Assembly: GCF_004010195.1 (NCBI RefSeq)
Contig: NC_057755.1
Location: 11,879,660 to 11,943,659, forward strand
Reading direction: 5' to 3'
Length of the DNA: 64,000 bases
Origin: Chiloscyllium plagiosum
Taxonomy: Eukaryota
The notes below the pieces were generated by a model. That model had not been told where the DNA came from. It made no database searches and saw nothing but the letters and a program-made list of their open reading frames with translations. Shown one piece after another: positions 12,270 through 25,152 of the stretch. Both the position numbers and the translations under genes were made by a program. Each line of letters begins with the position of its first letter. Position 1 is the stretch's first letter.

Positions 12270-14750
12270 AGGCAGTGTCAGTGGGGAGGCACTTTGTAAC
12301 CAGCAACCATAATTCTATTAGTTTTAAAATAGTGATGGAAAAGGATAGACCGGATCTAAAAGTTGAAGTTCTAAACTGGAGGAAGGCCAATTTTGACGGT
12401 ATTGGCCAAGAACTTTCAAAAGTTTATTGGGGGCAGAAACTCACCGGTAAAGTGACAGCTGGAAAATGGGAAGCCTTCAAAAATTAGATAACAAGAGTCC
12501 AGAGATGGTATGTTCCCTTTAGGGTGAAAGGCAAGGGTGGCAGATGCAGGGAATGCAGAATGATGAGAGAAATTGAGATATTGGTTAAGGAAAAGAAGGA
12601 AGCATATGTCAGGTGCATACAGCAAAGATCAAGTGAGTCCTTAAATGAGTATAAAGGCAGTAGGAATATAATTAAAAGGGAAATCAGGAGGGCAAAAAGG
12701 AACCTGAGGTAGCTTTGGCAAATAGGGTTAAGGAGAATCCAAAGGGATTTTATAAATATATTAAGGACAAAAGGGTAACTAGGGAGAGAATAGGGCTCCT
12801 CAAAGATTAGCGAGGTAGCCTTTGTGTGGAACCGCAGGAGATGGGGGAGATACTAAACAATTTTGCATCAGTATTTACTGTGGAGAAGGATATGGAAGAT
12901 ATAGAATGTGGGGAAATAGCTGGTGACATCTTGAAAAATGTCCCTATTACAGAGGAGGAGCTGCTGGATGTCTTAAAACGCATAGAAGTGGATTACTCCC
13001 CAGGATCTGATCAGGTGTACCCCAGAACTCTGTGGCAAGCTAGGGAAGTGATTGCTGGGCCTCTTTATTTGTGTCATCAATAGTCACGGGTGAGGTGCCA
13101 GAAGACTGGAGAATGGCTAACGTGATGCCACTATTAAAGAAAACTGGTAAGGAAAAGCAGGGGAACTATAGACCAGTGAGCCTGATATCAGTAGTGGACA
13201 AGTTGTTGGAGGGAATCCTGAGGGACAGGATTTACATGTATTTGGAAAGGCAAGGACTGATTAGGGATAGTCAGCATGGCTTTGTGCTTGGGAAATCATG
13301 TTTCACAAACTTGATTGAATTTTTTGAAGAAGTAACAAAGAAGATTGATGAGGGCAGAGTGATGGACATGATCCATATGGACTTCAGTAAGGCATTTGAC
13401 AAGGTTCCTTATGGTAGACTGGTTAGCAAGATTAGATCTCATGGAGTACAGAGAGAACTAGCCATTTGGATACAGAACTGGCTCGAAGGTAGAAGAAGAT
13501 GGTGGTGGATGGCTGTTTTTCAGACTGGAAGCCTGTGACCAGTGATATGCCACAAGGATCAGTGCAGGGTCTACAGTTTTTCATCAATTATATAAATGAT
13601 TTGAATGTGAACACAGGAGGTATAGTTAGTAAGTTTGCAGATGACACCAAAATTGGAGGTGCAATGAACAGCGAAGAAGGTTACCTTCGAGTAAAACGAG
13701 ATCTTAATCAGATGGGCCAATCCGCTGAGGAGTAGCAGATGGACTCTAGTTTAGCTAATTGTGAGGTGCTGCAGTTTGGAAAGTTAAATCAGAGCAGGAC
13801 TTATACGCTTAATAGTAAGGTTCTGGGGAGTGTTGCTCAACAAGGAGACCTTGGAGTGCAGGCTCATAGTTCCTTGAAAGTGGAGTTGCATGTAGATAGG
13901 GTAGTGAAGAAGGTGTTTGGTATGCTCTCCTTTATTGAACAGAGCATTGAGTATAGGAGTTGGAAGGTCATATTGCTGCTGTACAGGACATTGGTTAAGC
14001 CATTTTTGGAATATTGTGTGCAATTCTGGTCTTCCTATCGGATGGAGTTGTGAAACTTGAAAGGGTTCAGAAAAGATTTAGGATGTTGCCAGTGTTGAAG
14101 GATTTGAGCTACAGAGAGAGACTGAATGGGCTAGGGCTGTTTTCCCTGGAGCATCGGGGGCTGAGGGGTGACCTTATAGAGGTTTACAAAATCATGAGGG
14201 GCATGGGTAAATAGACAAGCTCTTTTCCTTGGCGTCAGGGAGTCTAGAACTAGACGGCATAGATTTTGAGTGAGAGGGGAAAGATATAAAAGGGACCTAA
14301 GGGGTTACTTTTTCAGGCAGAGGGTGGTGCATGTATGGAATGAGCTGCCAGAGGAGGTTAGTACAATTGCAGCATTTAAAAGGCATCTGGATGGATATAT
14401 AAAGAGGATGGGTTTAGAGGGATATGGCTGAAACTTTATTGCTGGAACAGCACAGCAGGTCAGGCAGCATCCAGGGAACAGGAGATTCGACGTTTCGGGC
14501 ACAGGCCCTTCTGGCCTGTGCCCGAAACGTCGAATCTCCTGTTCCCTGGATGCTGCCTGACCTGCTGTGCTGTTCCAGCAATAAAGTTTCAGCTTTGATC
14601 TCCAGCATCTGCAGACCTCACTTTCTCCCCTTAGAGGGATATGGGCCAAGTGCTGGCAAATGGGACTAGATTAGGTTAGGATGTCTGGTCGGCATGGACT
14701 AGTTGGACCAAAGGTTCTGTTTCTGTGCTGTACATCTGTGTTACTCCATG
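12270..14750 (+). mobile_element. 5'-truncated CR1 LINE (RT and 3' UTR), frameshifted
   Basis: ORFs 12239-14214 contain [31 protein letters not shown] and LEYCVQFWS. Confidence 0.9.
14428..14630. mobile_element. Palindromic PLE-derived mini-element with 14-bp TSD
   Basis: 81-bp inverted arms 14427-14507 and 14513-14593 with loop cttct; TSD ttagagggatatgg at 14414-14427 and 14631-14644. Confidence 0.85.
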
Positions 14751-15628
14751 CGAACTAATACATTTGGATGCAAGAATCAAGACTGGAAATGTGAAATAAG
14801 ACTGTGAATTCTGCAAACGTCACCTCTAGGTGGTGACAGAGTGGCAGAGCATGTTGTGAAAACGGTTATGGAGTCATATAACATGGAAACAGACCGTTAG
14901 GTCCAACTTGTCCGTGCTGACCATGTAAACTTTGTTATGGACCAGACCAAACTCCTCAAAATATTTTAAGAAGGTAGCCTAGACCTAATTTTTCTTTTTT
15001 AAGGCAAATATAAAGTGCCTTGTTCCAGAGGCAATATGATTGATTCATTAAGCAAAAGAAAAATTTATTTAAAGGCAATAATCAAAATACAAATGAAAGG
15101 AAGAACTTAGAATTGCAACTCTATTGAAAAACTAAACTAAAAAATAGATACAGTAACTGTTACTAATTAACTGTTCAAATATAGTAACATCCCACAACCA
15201 CGCCCCTTGGCAAAAAACACAACTTCAGAAAAATAGATTTGTCTCATAGATAACCCAGCAGCTTCTAGCTGTAACTAAAAAAGGAGGAAAATAGCTTCTA
15301 CTTCCTCAAGATCCCAACTGCTCACAGCTAAAACAAAAAAAATTTAAAAACTAGGAAACCTGGTCTGAGAGAGCTGGCCACAGCCAGCCAGGCTGCCTCC
15401 AATGTTCCAACTTTAAACAAAAATTCCAAGGCCTTACAAGTTGTTTGCTTCCTTACTTGAGAGCCTGACAACCCTCATTCAATCTCTCTTTAAGAAAGAA
15501 AAAGGACAAAAGAACCTGTTAAAACCATAGCATTGTCACATCTCTCCCCTTAAAAAAAAGAACTATCAATGTACAAAGATGACTTCATTTTTAAAAACCC
15601 TTAGTCTTACTCTGTCAGTACACTATAA

Positions 15629-15993
15629 AGTTAAAAATCACACAACACCAGGTTATAGTTCAACAGGTTTAATTGGAAGCACACTAGCTTTTGGAGCGCC
15701 GCTCCTTCATCAGGTGATTGTGATGAATGAGCTGCCAGAGGATGTGGTGGAGGTTAGTACAATTGCAGCATTTAAGAGGCATCTAGATGGGTATATAAAG
15801 AGGAAGGGTTTAGAGGGATATGAGCCAAGTGCTGGCAAATGGGACTAGATTAGGTTAGGATATCTGGTCGGCATGGACGAGTTGGACCAAAGGTTCTGTT
15901 TCTGTGCTGTACATCTCTGTTACTCTATGCGAACTAATACATTTGGTTGCAAGAATGAAGACTGGAAATGTGAAATAAGGCAGCTCAATCAGG
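15629..15993. mobile_element. Composite insertion: PLE terminal repeat with hammerhead plus copy of local sequence, 12-bp TSD
   Basis: agtacactataa at 15617-15628 and 15994-16005; 15725-15979 duplicates 14338-14800 without the palindromic insert. Confidence 0.8.
15682..15716 (-). ncRNA. Minimal hammerhead ribozyme, mutated core (GAAA>AAAA)
   Basis: Minus strand: cac-CTGATGA-a-ggagc-ggc-gctcc-aAAA-gc-TA-gtg. Confidence 0.65.
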
Positions 15994-16136
15994 AGTACAC
16001 TATAATACACATACATTATATTGACTCCAAGCATTCACTACCACAGTGTATTCTAGTCCATTTATTCCTGCCACAGAATGCTTCCATCTTTCTTCATCAA
16101 AGTCGCGACAGATCGGCAATTATGTTATCCTGACAA

Positions 16137-16455
16137 GATTAGATTAGATTACTTACAGTGTGGAAACAATCCCTTCAGCCCAACAAGTCCACGCCGACCC
16201 TCCGAAGACCAACTCACCCAGACCCATTCCCCTACATTTACCCCTTCACCTAACATTATGGGCAATTTAGCATAGCCAATTCACCTAGCCTGCACATTTT
16301 TAGACTGTGGGAGGAAACCGGAGCACCCGGAGGAAACCCATGCAGACACGGGGAGAATGTGCAAACTCCACAGAAAGTTACCTGAGATGGGAATTGAACC
16401 TAGGTCTCTGGCACTGTGGGGCAACAGTGCTAATCACTGTGCCACCATGCCGCCC
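16137..16455 (-). mobile_element. HE1-like SINE
   Basis: Reverse complement of the 5448 SINE family, with (gatta)n tail. Confidence 0.85.
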
Positions 16456-18637
16456 ATACACTCTTTCAATTCAATGGCTGCAATAATAAACCGTATGGAT
16501 TTTTCGTACTCAAATTTCTTCAAAAGCTTTAATGGGTTATGATCAGTATACAAAATTGTCTTAGACACATTGCTGGCAATGTAACAGTTGAAACGTAACG
16601 TCATCACCAAGCTCAAGGTCTCCTCAATCATGGAATATTTCTGTTGATGATCATTCCATTTTCTGGAAAAATACCCAAGAGGACTTTCTAGCTTCCTGTC
16701 ATTTTCTTATAAGAGACCAGCACTAGCATTCCCATCACTTGCATTGATCACTATCTTGAATGGCTTTGGTGTGGCTAACTCTGGAGAAGTGGTCGACTTC
16801 AGGCTATCAAATGGTTTCTGACAGTCTGCCATCTACTGACATTTTCTGTATTTCTTCAATAAGTCAGTCAGTAGACCAACTAAACTGCTAAAATGCAGTA
16901 CGAGCCACAGATAAAACCCACACAATTCCCAGGAATTGTATTACAACCCTCTTCATTGATGGCATGGGAAACTCCCCAATAAACATTGTTTTCACATCCT
17001 GTGGAGTCATCTGGCCATGCTTAGGCTTTTGCAAACTCAATCTTAGCCAAGTTTATCATGAAGTCTGCTTCTCAAAGACAACTGAACAATTCAGATAGAT
17101 GGCTGCTCTTATGAACCAGGCCAGACCCCCTCAAACAATTCAAGAAAGTAGCCCAGACCTTAACTTTGCTAGTTATTTTAAGCAGGTGTACGGCAGATAT
17201 TCCAAGAGTGATGCAACTGGTCAAACCATTTAGTTCTAATCAAAACAATTTATTTACAAGATTATCGAATGAAACACAAACAAAACTGTTGTGAAGGTGT
17301 AGGTCTGTACTGTACCTTTAAGAGAGACTGGAAGCTGGCACGGACTTAGAGAGGCACAAAATGTGCTGAAAGAATTTAAAATGTAACATTTGACTGTGAA
17401 ACCAAGTGTGCAGATGTGTTGCCATGATACAAAAACAAATTCAAATTCAGTCAGTCAGTTAAAATCTTTGCCCCAGATAAAAAATTCAAATCAAATTTTA
17501 ATTTAATATTTTGATTACATCAAACCAATGAAATGGCTTGGGGTATAAAGTTGTACATTTTGAACAGTTTGAAGGAGAACTACCAAGAAAACCAACAAGT
17601 ATAGACTGCTAGCTGAAAGGTATCTGTTCATATGAAAGATCTGAGAAGCAGAATACTGAAGAAAAGACAACAGAGGAAAATCTACAGAGAAAGATACAAA
17701 GAAAAGGTACGGTAGCTGGCTGGTTTTGAAATATGAACGTTTTTTGTAAATCTTAATCGGGTTTTTATCGGACCAGTATTATGGAGTGGGAAGGTAAAAA
17801 GAGAAAGGAGTTGTAAATAGAAATAACATTGTTAATTTTTTCTTTAAATAGTGACATTTGGGATAGTTCTTTGCCGCGCGAAATTTAACAGATTATGGCA
17901 TGATATCAACTTTTCTGTGTGTCTGGTTTAAATTAGCAGAAGGGTTACGTGTTGTAACAGTTCAGGGGCTCATCACTGGGATTTGAACAGTTTGGGTCTT
18001 GAATTTGTGGTTTGAACAGGTTTAGATAGATACAGTCTGAGATTTGGACACATTTGATTAGATTTGGAGTACAAAAAAGCCCAGTAGATTTAAACACTTG
18101 CAGGTTAGTGTCCTGGATCTTTAAATAAAATGTAGGTGAGACAATGTGTTTAATTTTGGTGACTTATGGTTGGTTAATTTAAAAATAAGAGAAATGGCTA
18201 TTAAAGTTGCTAAACAGGTTCTGGGGTTTGAAGATGATTCTCAAATTTGCCAAGAAAGTTTAGAAGGAGAGTAAAAAGCCATACTTTTAGAATTAGCAAA
18301 GCAGTTAGGTTTGAGTTTACCGAAGGACAAAAGTAAAGCTGAAATTGTAAGGGAATTACTCAAACACTTTGGTGTGTCAGAGAAACAGGCAAGTGCAGTA
18401 GAGTTAGAAAAACTTAAATTACAATTGAGGAAAATGGAGTTAGAAGATAAACACAGAGAGAAGAAAGAGCAAGAGAGAAAAGAGAGAGAGAGAGGAAAAG
18501 AAAGAGAGAGGTTCTTAGCTGAGCAGAAAAAAATTGAACTTGAGAAATTGTGACTTAGTCAGCAAAGTCAAGTTAACAGGATGGAGATTAAAAGAGAAGG
18601 TAGTGATAAATACAAATATGTCAAAACTCTGCCACAC

Positions 18638-19237
18638 GGTCTTTTTGCAGCAGAGAACAGCGGGTGCTGGGTGGAAGTGAAGTTGGAGCGCAAAGCTGGT
18701 CAGGTAGGTAAGTGATTGTTATTTAAGGCTATTGAGGGAGTGCAGCGTAGATTCACGAGGTCAATTCCTGGAATGGCGGGACTACCTTACTCTGAAAGAC
18801 TGGAGCGACTGGGCTTGTATACCCTTGAGTTTAGAAGACTGAGAGGGGATCTGATTGAGACATATAAGATTATTAAAGGATTGGACACTCTGGAGGCAGG
18901 AAACATGTTTCTGCTGATGGGTGAGTGCCGAACCAGAGGACACAGCTTAAAAATACGGGGTAGACCATTTAGGACAGAGATGAGGAGAAATGTCTTCACC
19001 CAGAGAGTGGTGGCTGTGTGGAATGCTCTGCCCCAGGGGGCAGTGGAGGCCCAGTCTCTGGATTCATTTAAGAAAGAGTTGGATAGAGCTCTTAAGGATA
19101 GTAGAATCAAGGGTTATGGAGATAAGGCAGGAACAGGATACTGATTAAGGATGAATCAGCCATGATCATATTGAATGGTGGTGCAGGCTCGAAGGGCAGA
19201 ATGGCCTACTCCTGCACCTATTGTCTATTATCTATTT
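18638..19237 (+). mobile_element. Short CR1 insertion in Gypsy gag: ~90-bp non-ORF2 head plus ORF2 3' end and (ctattgt) tail
   Basis: ORF 18716-19144 is a CR1 ORF2 C-terminus; gag frame KTLPH / FDEKDVEAFF is interrupted here. Confidence 0.8.
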
Positions 19238-20255
19238 TGATGAGAAAGATGTTGAAGCCTTCTTTATTTCATGTGAAAAATTGGTAAGGCAGATGGAGTA
19301 GTCCGAGGATTTATGGGTAATGCTAGTTCAGACTAAACTGGTAGGCAGAGCTAGTGAGGGATTTGCCGTGCTGTCAGATGTAAAGAGATCAAGAGATTAT
19401 GAAGAGGTCAAACAGGTTATTTTATGAGTGTATGAATTGGTACCAGAAATGTAAAGACAGTGGTTCAGAAACATAAAGAAGGAACCAGGTCAGACTTATG
19501 TGGAGTTTGAAAGAATTAAACATAGTCATTTTGATAGGGTTGCGGGCCTTAAAGATCGAGAAGACCTATGAGGGTTCAAGAGAGATTATTCTGCTGGGGG
19601 AGCTTAAAACCTCACTTCCAGAGATGATAAGAATTCACGTGGAGGAATAGAAAATTCAGAAAGTGAGAAGAGCAGCAGAATTGATACCATGTTGGTGCAT
19701 AAGACAAGCTTCCTGCCAGAATTTCATCCTGTGAGAGAAAGAAGTTGGGAGAAGGGGAGATCCTACACTATGAAACACTGGTAATTGTTTACCACAGGTT
19801 GAAAAAGAAGCCCAAAAGATGAAAAGGAGATGAAAAGCCTCAGGTGTTTCCACTGTGGTAAAGTGGTACACATAAAGTCACAGTGCTTGTCATTAAAGAA
19901 AGGCACTATGGGAAAAGATGTGATAAAATGAGCTAAGTCAGTGGCATTAGTGAAAGTATTAAAGGAAACCCCAAGAAGAGCCGAGGAACTGCAGGAGAGT
20001 GCACAGCTTCATCAGGGGCTGGGTGTAGAGTTAGTACCTGATCTCTATAAGGAATTCACCTCTGTGGGATATGTTTACTCAGAAAGGATGGGGAAGAAAG
20101 ACAAGAAGTTATAATTTTGAGAGATACAGGATCTAACCAGTCTCTAATAGTAAGAGATGAGCGAATTTGCACTCTTTCTGATCTGTTATCCAAGAGTGTG
20201 GTAATTTGTGGGATAGATGAACAGAGGTTTAGCATTCCCCTATATAAGATCAGGT

Positions 20256-22200
20256 GCATGAAAACGTTGCCCCTTAAGTCTCTTTTATATTTTTCCCCTC
20301 TCACCCTAAACCTATCCCCTTTAGTTCTGGACTGCCCCAACCCAGGGAAAAGATCTTGTATATTTACCAACACAAGACCGAGGAAGTAACAGTGGGAGTA
20401 ATTGACAGAGTGTCAGTTCCAGGAATCCAGTTTGTTCTTGGGAATGATTTAGCAGGGTCCAAGGTGGGAGTGATTGTGGAAAAGCTGAAGGAAGATCAAG
20501 AAACTGATCCTTCCTATTGGAAAGTTGTTGTGAAACTTGTAAGGTTTCAGAAAAGATTTACAAGGATGTTGCCAGGGTTGGAGGATTTGAGCAATGGGAA
20601 GAGGTTGAATAGGCTGGGGCTGTTTTCACTGGCATGTCGGAGGCTGAGGGGTGACCTTATAGAGGTTTATAAAATCATGAGGGGCATGGATAGGATAAGT
20701 GGGGTGTCGGAGTCCAGAACTAGAAGGCAAAGGTTTAGGGTGAGAGGGGAAAGATATAAAAGAGTCATAGAGAGGTACAGCATGGAAACAAACTCTTCGG
20801 TCCAACCCGTTCATGCCGTCCAGATATCCCAACCCAATCTAGTCCCACCTGCCAGCACCGGCCCATATCCCTCCAAACCCTTCCTATTCTTACACCCATC
20901 CAGATGCCTTTTAAATGTTGCAGTTGTACTAGCCTCCACCACTTCCTCTGGCAGCTCATTCCATACACGCACCACCCCCTCAGTGAAAACGTTGCTCCTT
21001 AGGTCTCTTTTATACGTCTCCCCTCTCACCCTAAACCTAAACCCTCTAATTCTGGATGCTCCCACTTCAGGGAAAAGACCTTGTCTATTTATCCAATGCA
21101 TGCCCCTCATAATTTTGTAAACTTCTATAAGGTCACCCCTCAGTCTCCAATGCTCCAGGGAAACCAGCCCTTGCCTTTTCAACCTCTCCCTATAGCTCAA
21201 ATCCTCCAATCCTGCAACATGCTCGTAAATGTTTTTTTGAACCCTTTCAAGTCTCACAACATCCTTCTGATAGGAAGGAGACCAGAATTGCATGCAATAT
21301 TCCACAAGTGGCCAAACCAATGCCTTGCACGGCCTCAACATGACCTCCCAACTCTTGTACTCAGTAATCTGACCAATAATGGAAAGCATACCAAACACCA
21401 CCTCCGCTATTCCCATCTACCTGCGATTCTACTTTCAAGGAGCTATGAACATGCACTCCAAGGTCTCTTTATTCAGCAACACTCCCTAGGACCTTACCAT
21501 TAAGTGTATAAGTCCTGCTAAGATTTGCTCTCCCAAAATGCAGCACCTCGCATTTATCTAAATTAAACTCCATCTGCCACTCCTCAGCCCATTGGCCCAT
21601 CTGGTCAAGATTCAGTTATAATTTGAGGTAACCTTCGTTGTCCACTACGCCTCCAATTTTGGCGTCATCTGCAAACTTACTAATTGTACCTCTTATGCTC
21701 ACATCCAAATCATTTACATAAATGACAAAAAGTAGTGGACTCAGCACCGATCCTTATGGCACTCCACTGGTCACAGGCCTCCAGTCTGAAAAACAACCCT
21801 CCACCACAACCCTCTGTCTTTTACCTTTGAGCCAGTTGTGTATCCAAATGGTTAGTTCTCCCTGTATTCTGTGAGACCTAACCTTGTTAACCAGTCTCCA
21901 ATAGGAAATCTTATTGAATGCTTTACTGAAGTCCATATAAATCACATCTACTGCTTTGCCCTCATCAATCCTCTTTGTTACTTCGTCAAAAACCTCAAGC
22001 AAGTTTGTGAGACATGATTTCCCATGCAAAAAGCCATGTTGACTATCCCTAATCAGTCCTTGCCTTTCCAAATACATCTACATCCTGTCCCTCAGGATTC
22101 CCTCCAACAACTTGCCCACCACCGATGTCAGGCTCACTGGTCTATAGTTCCCTGGCTTGTCCTTGCCATCTTTCTTTAATAGTGGCACCACATTAACCAC
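20256..22200. mobile_element. Cluster of CR1 fragments inside the Gypsy pol (minus 20256-20357; plus 20508-20762; minus 20763-22200)
   Basis: ORFs 20811-21416 and 21754-22077 (-) carry CR1 RT motifs DFSKAFNK and LVEYCMQFWSP. Confidence 0.85.
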
Positions 22201-23643
22201 GTTTGATGTAATGGTGCAGGAAAAACATGAACAGGCAGAGGGTCAGACAGAAATGTTTCGTCCTGAAAGGCTAAGGGACCTGCAACAGAAAAACAAGACA
22301 ATTATATATATGTGTATATATAGATGCATACTCTGAAAAGGAGGTAGAGAATATTCCTGAAAGATAGAATCCTAAGACGGAAATGGAAACCACAGCAAGT
22401 TAGTGCAGAGGAGAAATGGGATGAAGTGCACCAGATTGTGTTGCTGGTAGCACATGAACTATGTGTAGGAGGTCACCTAGGGGTACGAAAGACTCAGGCT
22501 AAGGTACAAAAACATTTTTCCTGGCCTGGAATGCACAAGGATGTGGTTAACTTTTTCCATATGTGTCATACGTACCAAATGCACAGGCGGTAATAAACCT
22601 AGTACCTTTGTTGCCAATTCCCACATTCAAAGAACCCTCCATGTAGATTATAATTGATTATGTAGGTTCCCTCCCAAGAACTAAAAGTGGTAACCAGTAC
22701 TTGTTAACCGAATGCATGTGTCTCCCAGATTTCCAGAGGCAATTCCATTATGGAGTATTAAGGCAAAAACGGTGGTAGAGGAGTTAGTAGCTTTCTTTAC
22801 GCAGTAGGGCTACCCAGAGAGATCCAGTTGGACCACAGAACTAATTTTACTGCTAGGCTGTTTAAGGAGGTCATGGGCAACTTAGGTACAGCACTTTAAA
22901 TCAAGTGCGTATCATCCTGAATCCCAGGGAGCTTTAGGAAGGTGGCATCAGACCTTGAAGAACATATTGTTAGGATTATCCGATTGATTGGGATAAAGGT
23001 ATCCCATTCGTATTGTTTGCCATTAGAGATGTCCCAAACGAGTCTACTCAGTTCACTCGCTTCGAGTTAATATTTGGGCACGAAGTAAGAGGCCCTTTGA
23101 AATTAATTAAAGAGAAATTGACAGGACCAAAATCAGATATCTCACACTTGGATTATGTATCAGAGGTGAAGGAGTGATTAAATCGAGTAGGTGAATTAGC
23201 TAAACAGCACTTGAAGAGGGCACAGCATAGAATGAAGCAGGTGGCAGATTAAAAATTCTGAGACTCATACGTTTCCCCAAGGGGATGACGTATTAGTACT
23301 GTTGCCAGTGATAGGAGACCATTTCAAAACCAGGTTTAGTGGTCCCTATCAAATTTAGAAAAAGCTGAGTCAGGTGAACTATCTGGTAAAGATGCCAGAT
23401 AGAAAATAACTGTATCAGGTATGTCATGGACACGTTGAAACAGTATTATACCAGAGAGAAAGAACTGGAGAAACAGGTGTTAGTTACTGCCTTGCAGAGT
23501 GAGGAATCAAATCCAGATGGTGTGGATTTTGATATGCCTCAAAATATGTTAAAAAGTAACATATCTGAGTAAACTATCTGACTCAGGAGCACAGAACATA
23601 GTTGAAAGTTTTGTTACTGTAGTATAAGAATGTATGTATTAGT

Positions 23644-23913
23644 GGGCGGCATGGTGGTTCAGTAGTTAGCACTGCTGCCTCACAGTGCCAGGGACCCGGG
23701 TTTGATTCCAGCCTTGGGCGACTGTCTGTGTGGAGTTTCCTCCCACTGTCCAAAGATGTGCAGGTCAGGTGAATTGGTCTTTCTAAATTGCCCATAATGT
23801 TAGGTGCATTAGTCAGAGGGAAATGGGTCTGGGTGGGTTACTCTTCAGAGGGTCAGTGTGGACTTGTTAGGCTGAAGAGCCTGTTTCCACACTGTAGGGA
23901 ATCTAATCTAATC
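23644..23913 (+). mobile_element. HE1-like SINE
   Basis: gggcggcatggtggttcagtagttagcactgctgcctcacag head and (atcta)n tail. Confidence 0.85.
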
Positions 23914-24997
23914 AGATGGGGAGGACTTATGTTATTGTACATGAAGTAGAAGTAGGGAACATGTTTCAACAAAACAACATCCCTATCAGCTTAATCCTTT
24001 CAAAGCCTTTCAAATATCCAAATGGAGGTTGAGTTCATGCTCAACAAGGATATTATCGAACCGAGCCAGAGTGAGTGGAGTTTGCCAATTGTCTTAGTTC
24101 CCAAACCAGATGGGACTAAAGGATTATCCATGGAGTATCGGAAGGTCAACGCCATTACAAAAATCGGACTCATATCAAATACTGCGATTTGAGGACTATA
24201 TCGAGAAAGTTAGACAAGCCAGTTACATCACCAAGTTGGACTTACTATGTGGTTACTGACAGGTACCTTTATCAGAGAAGGTGAAATAAATTTATATGTT
24301 TGTAACCCTAAATGGGCTATACCAATTCAAAGTGATGTCCTTTGGAATGAAGAATGCACCCGTCACATTCCAAAGAACAGAGTTGTGGCTGGGTTAACAA
24401 ACTGTGCAGTCTATTTGGACGATGTAGTGATCTTTAGTGAGTCCTGGAAAGATCACATGGTACAGTTGGCAGAGCTCTTTGAACGACTACGAGAAGCAAA
24501 ACTGGTAATAAACTTAAACAAAACTGAAATCGCGTAAGCAAAGGTGACATTCTTGGGACATAATATCGCCCATGGAATGCAAAGACAAAGGCCATCGAGG
24601 AATTTCCATGAACAACCTCAAAGAAAGAGGTGCTTCAATTTTTGGGACTAAGCGGAAGTTTTCTCAAAACTTCAGCAGTGTAGTGGCACCATTAACCAAT
24701 TTGCTGACGATGAATACAAAGTTTTGGTACAATGTCAGGAGGCATTTGACCATTTGAAAACAATATTAGCTACTGCACCAGTTTTAGCTACACCAATTTT
24801 TTTTAAACCTTTCAAAGTTGCCATCATAGGAGTTGGAGCTGTACTGCAACAGGAAGATGATGATGCGATTGAATTGCCAGTTGGTTACTTTTCAAAGAAA
24901 CTCAACATCCACCAGAAGAAATAATCCACAATCGAAAAAGAACTATTGAGTTTGGTACTGGTCTTACAACATTTTAATGTGTATGTCTTGAAAAATG

Positions 24998-25152
24998 TGG
25001 AGAAAGTGAGGATTGCAGATGTTGGAGGTCAGAGTTGAGAGTGTGATGCTGGGAAAGTGCTGGAATACTAGTGAACTGCTTATGCCAGAAACGTCAATTC
25101 TCCTGCTCTTATGCTGCCTGACCTGCTTTGCTTTCCTAGCACCACACTCTCA
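24998..25152. mobile_element. Degenerate inverted PLE terminal relic
   Basis: ggagaaagtgagg...gagagtgtgatgctgg and gcaccacactctc inverted arms; gaaacgtc present. Confidence 0.6.

Noticed and set aside
14414..14669. Identical ORFs on both strands (also 55721-55978)
   Set aside because: Artefact of the DNA palindrome; no evidence of coding
20356..21120. 254-aa ORF as a novel fusion protein
   Set aside because: Chance read-through of Gypsy pol, sense CR1 and antisense CR1 fragments
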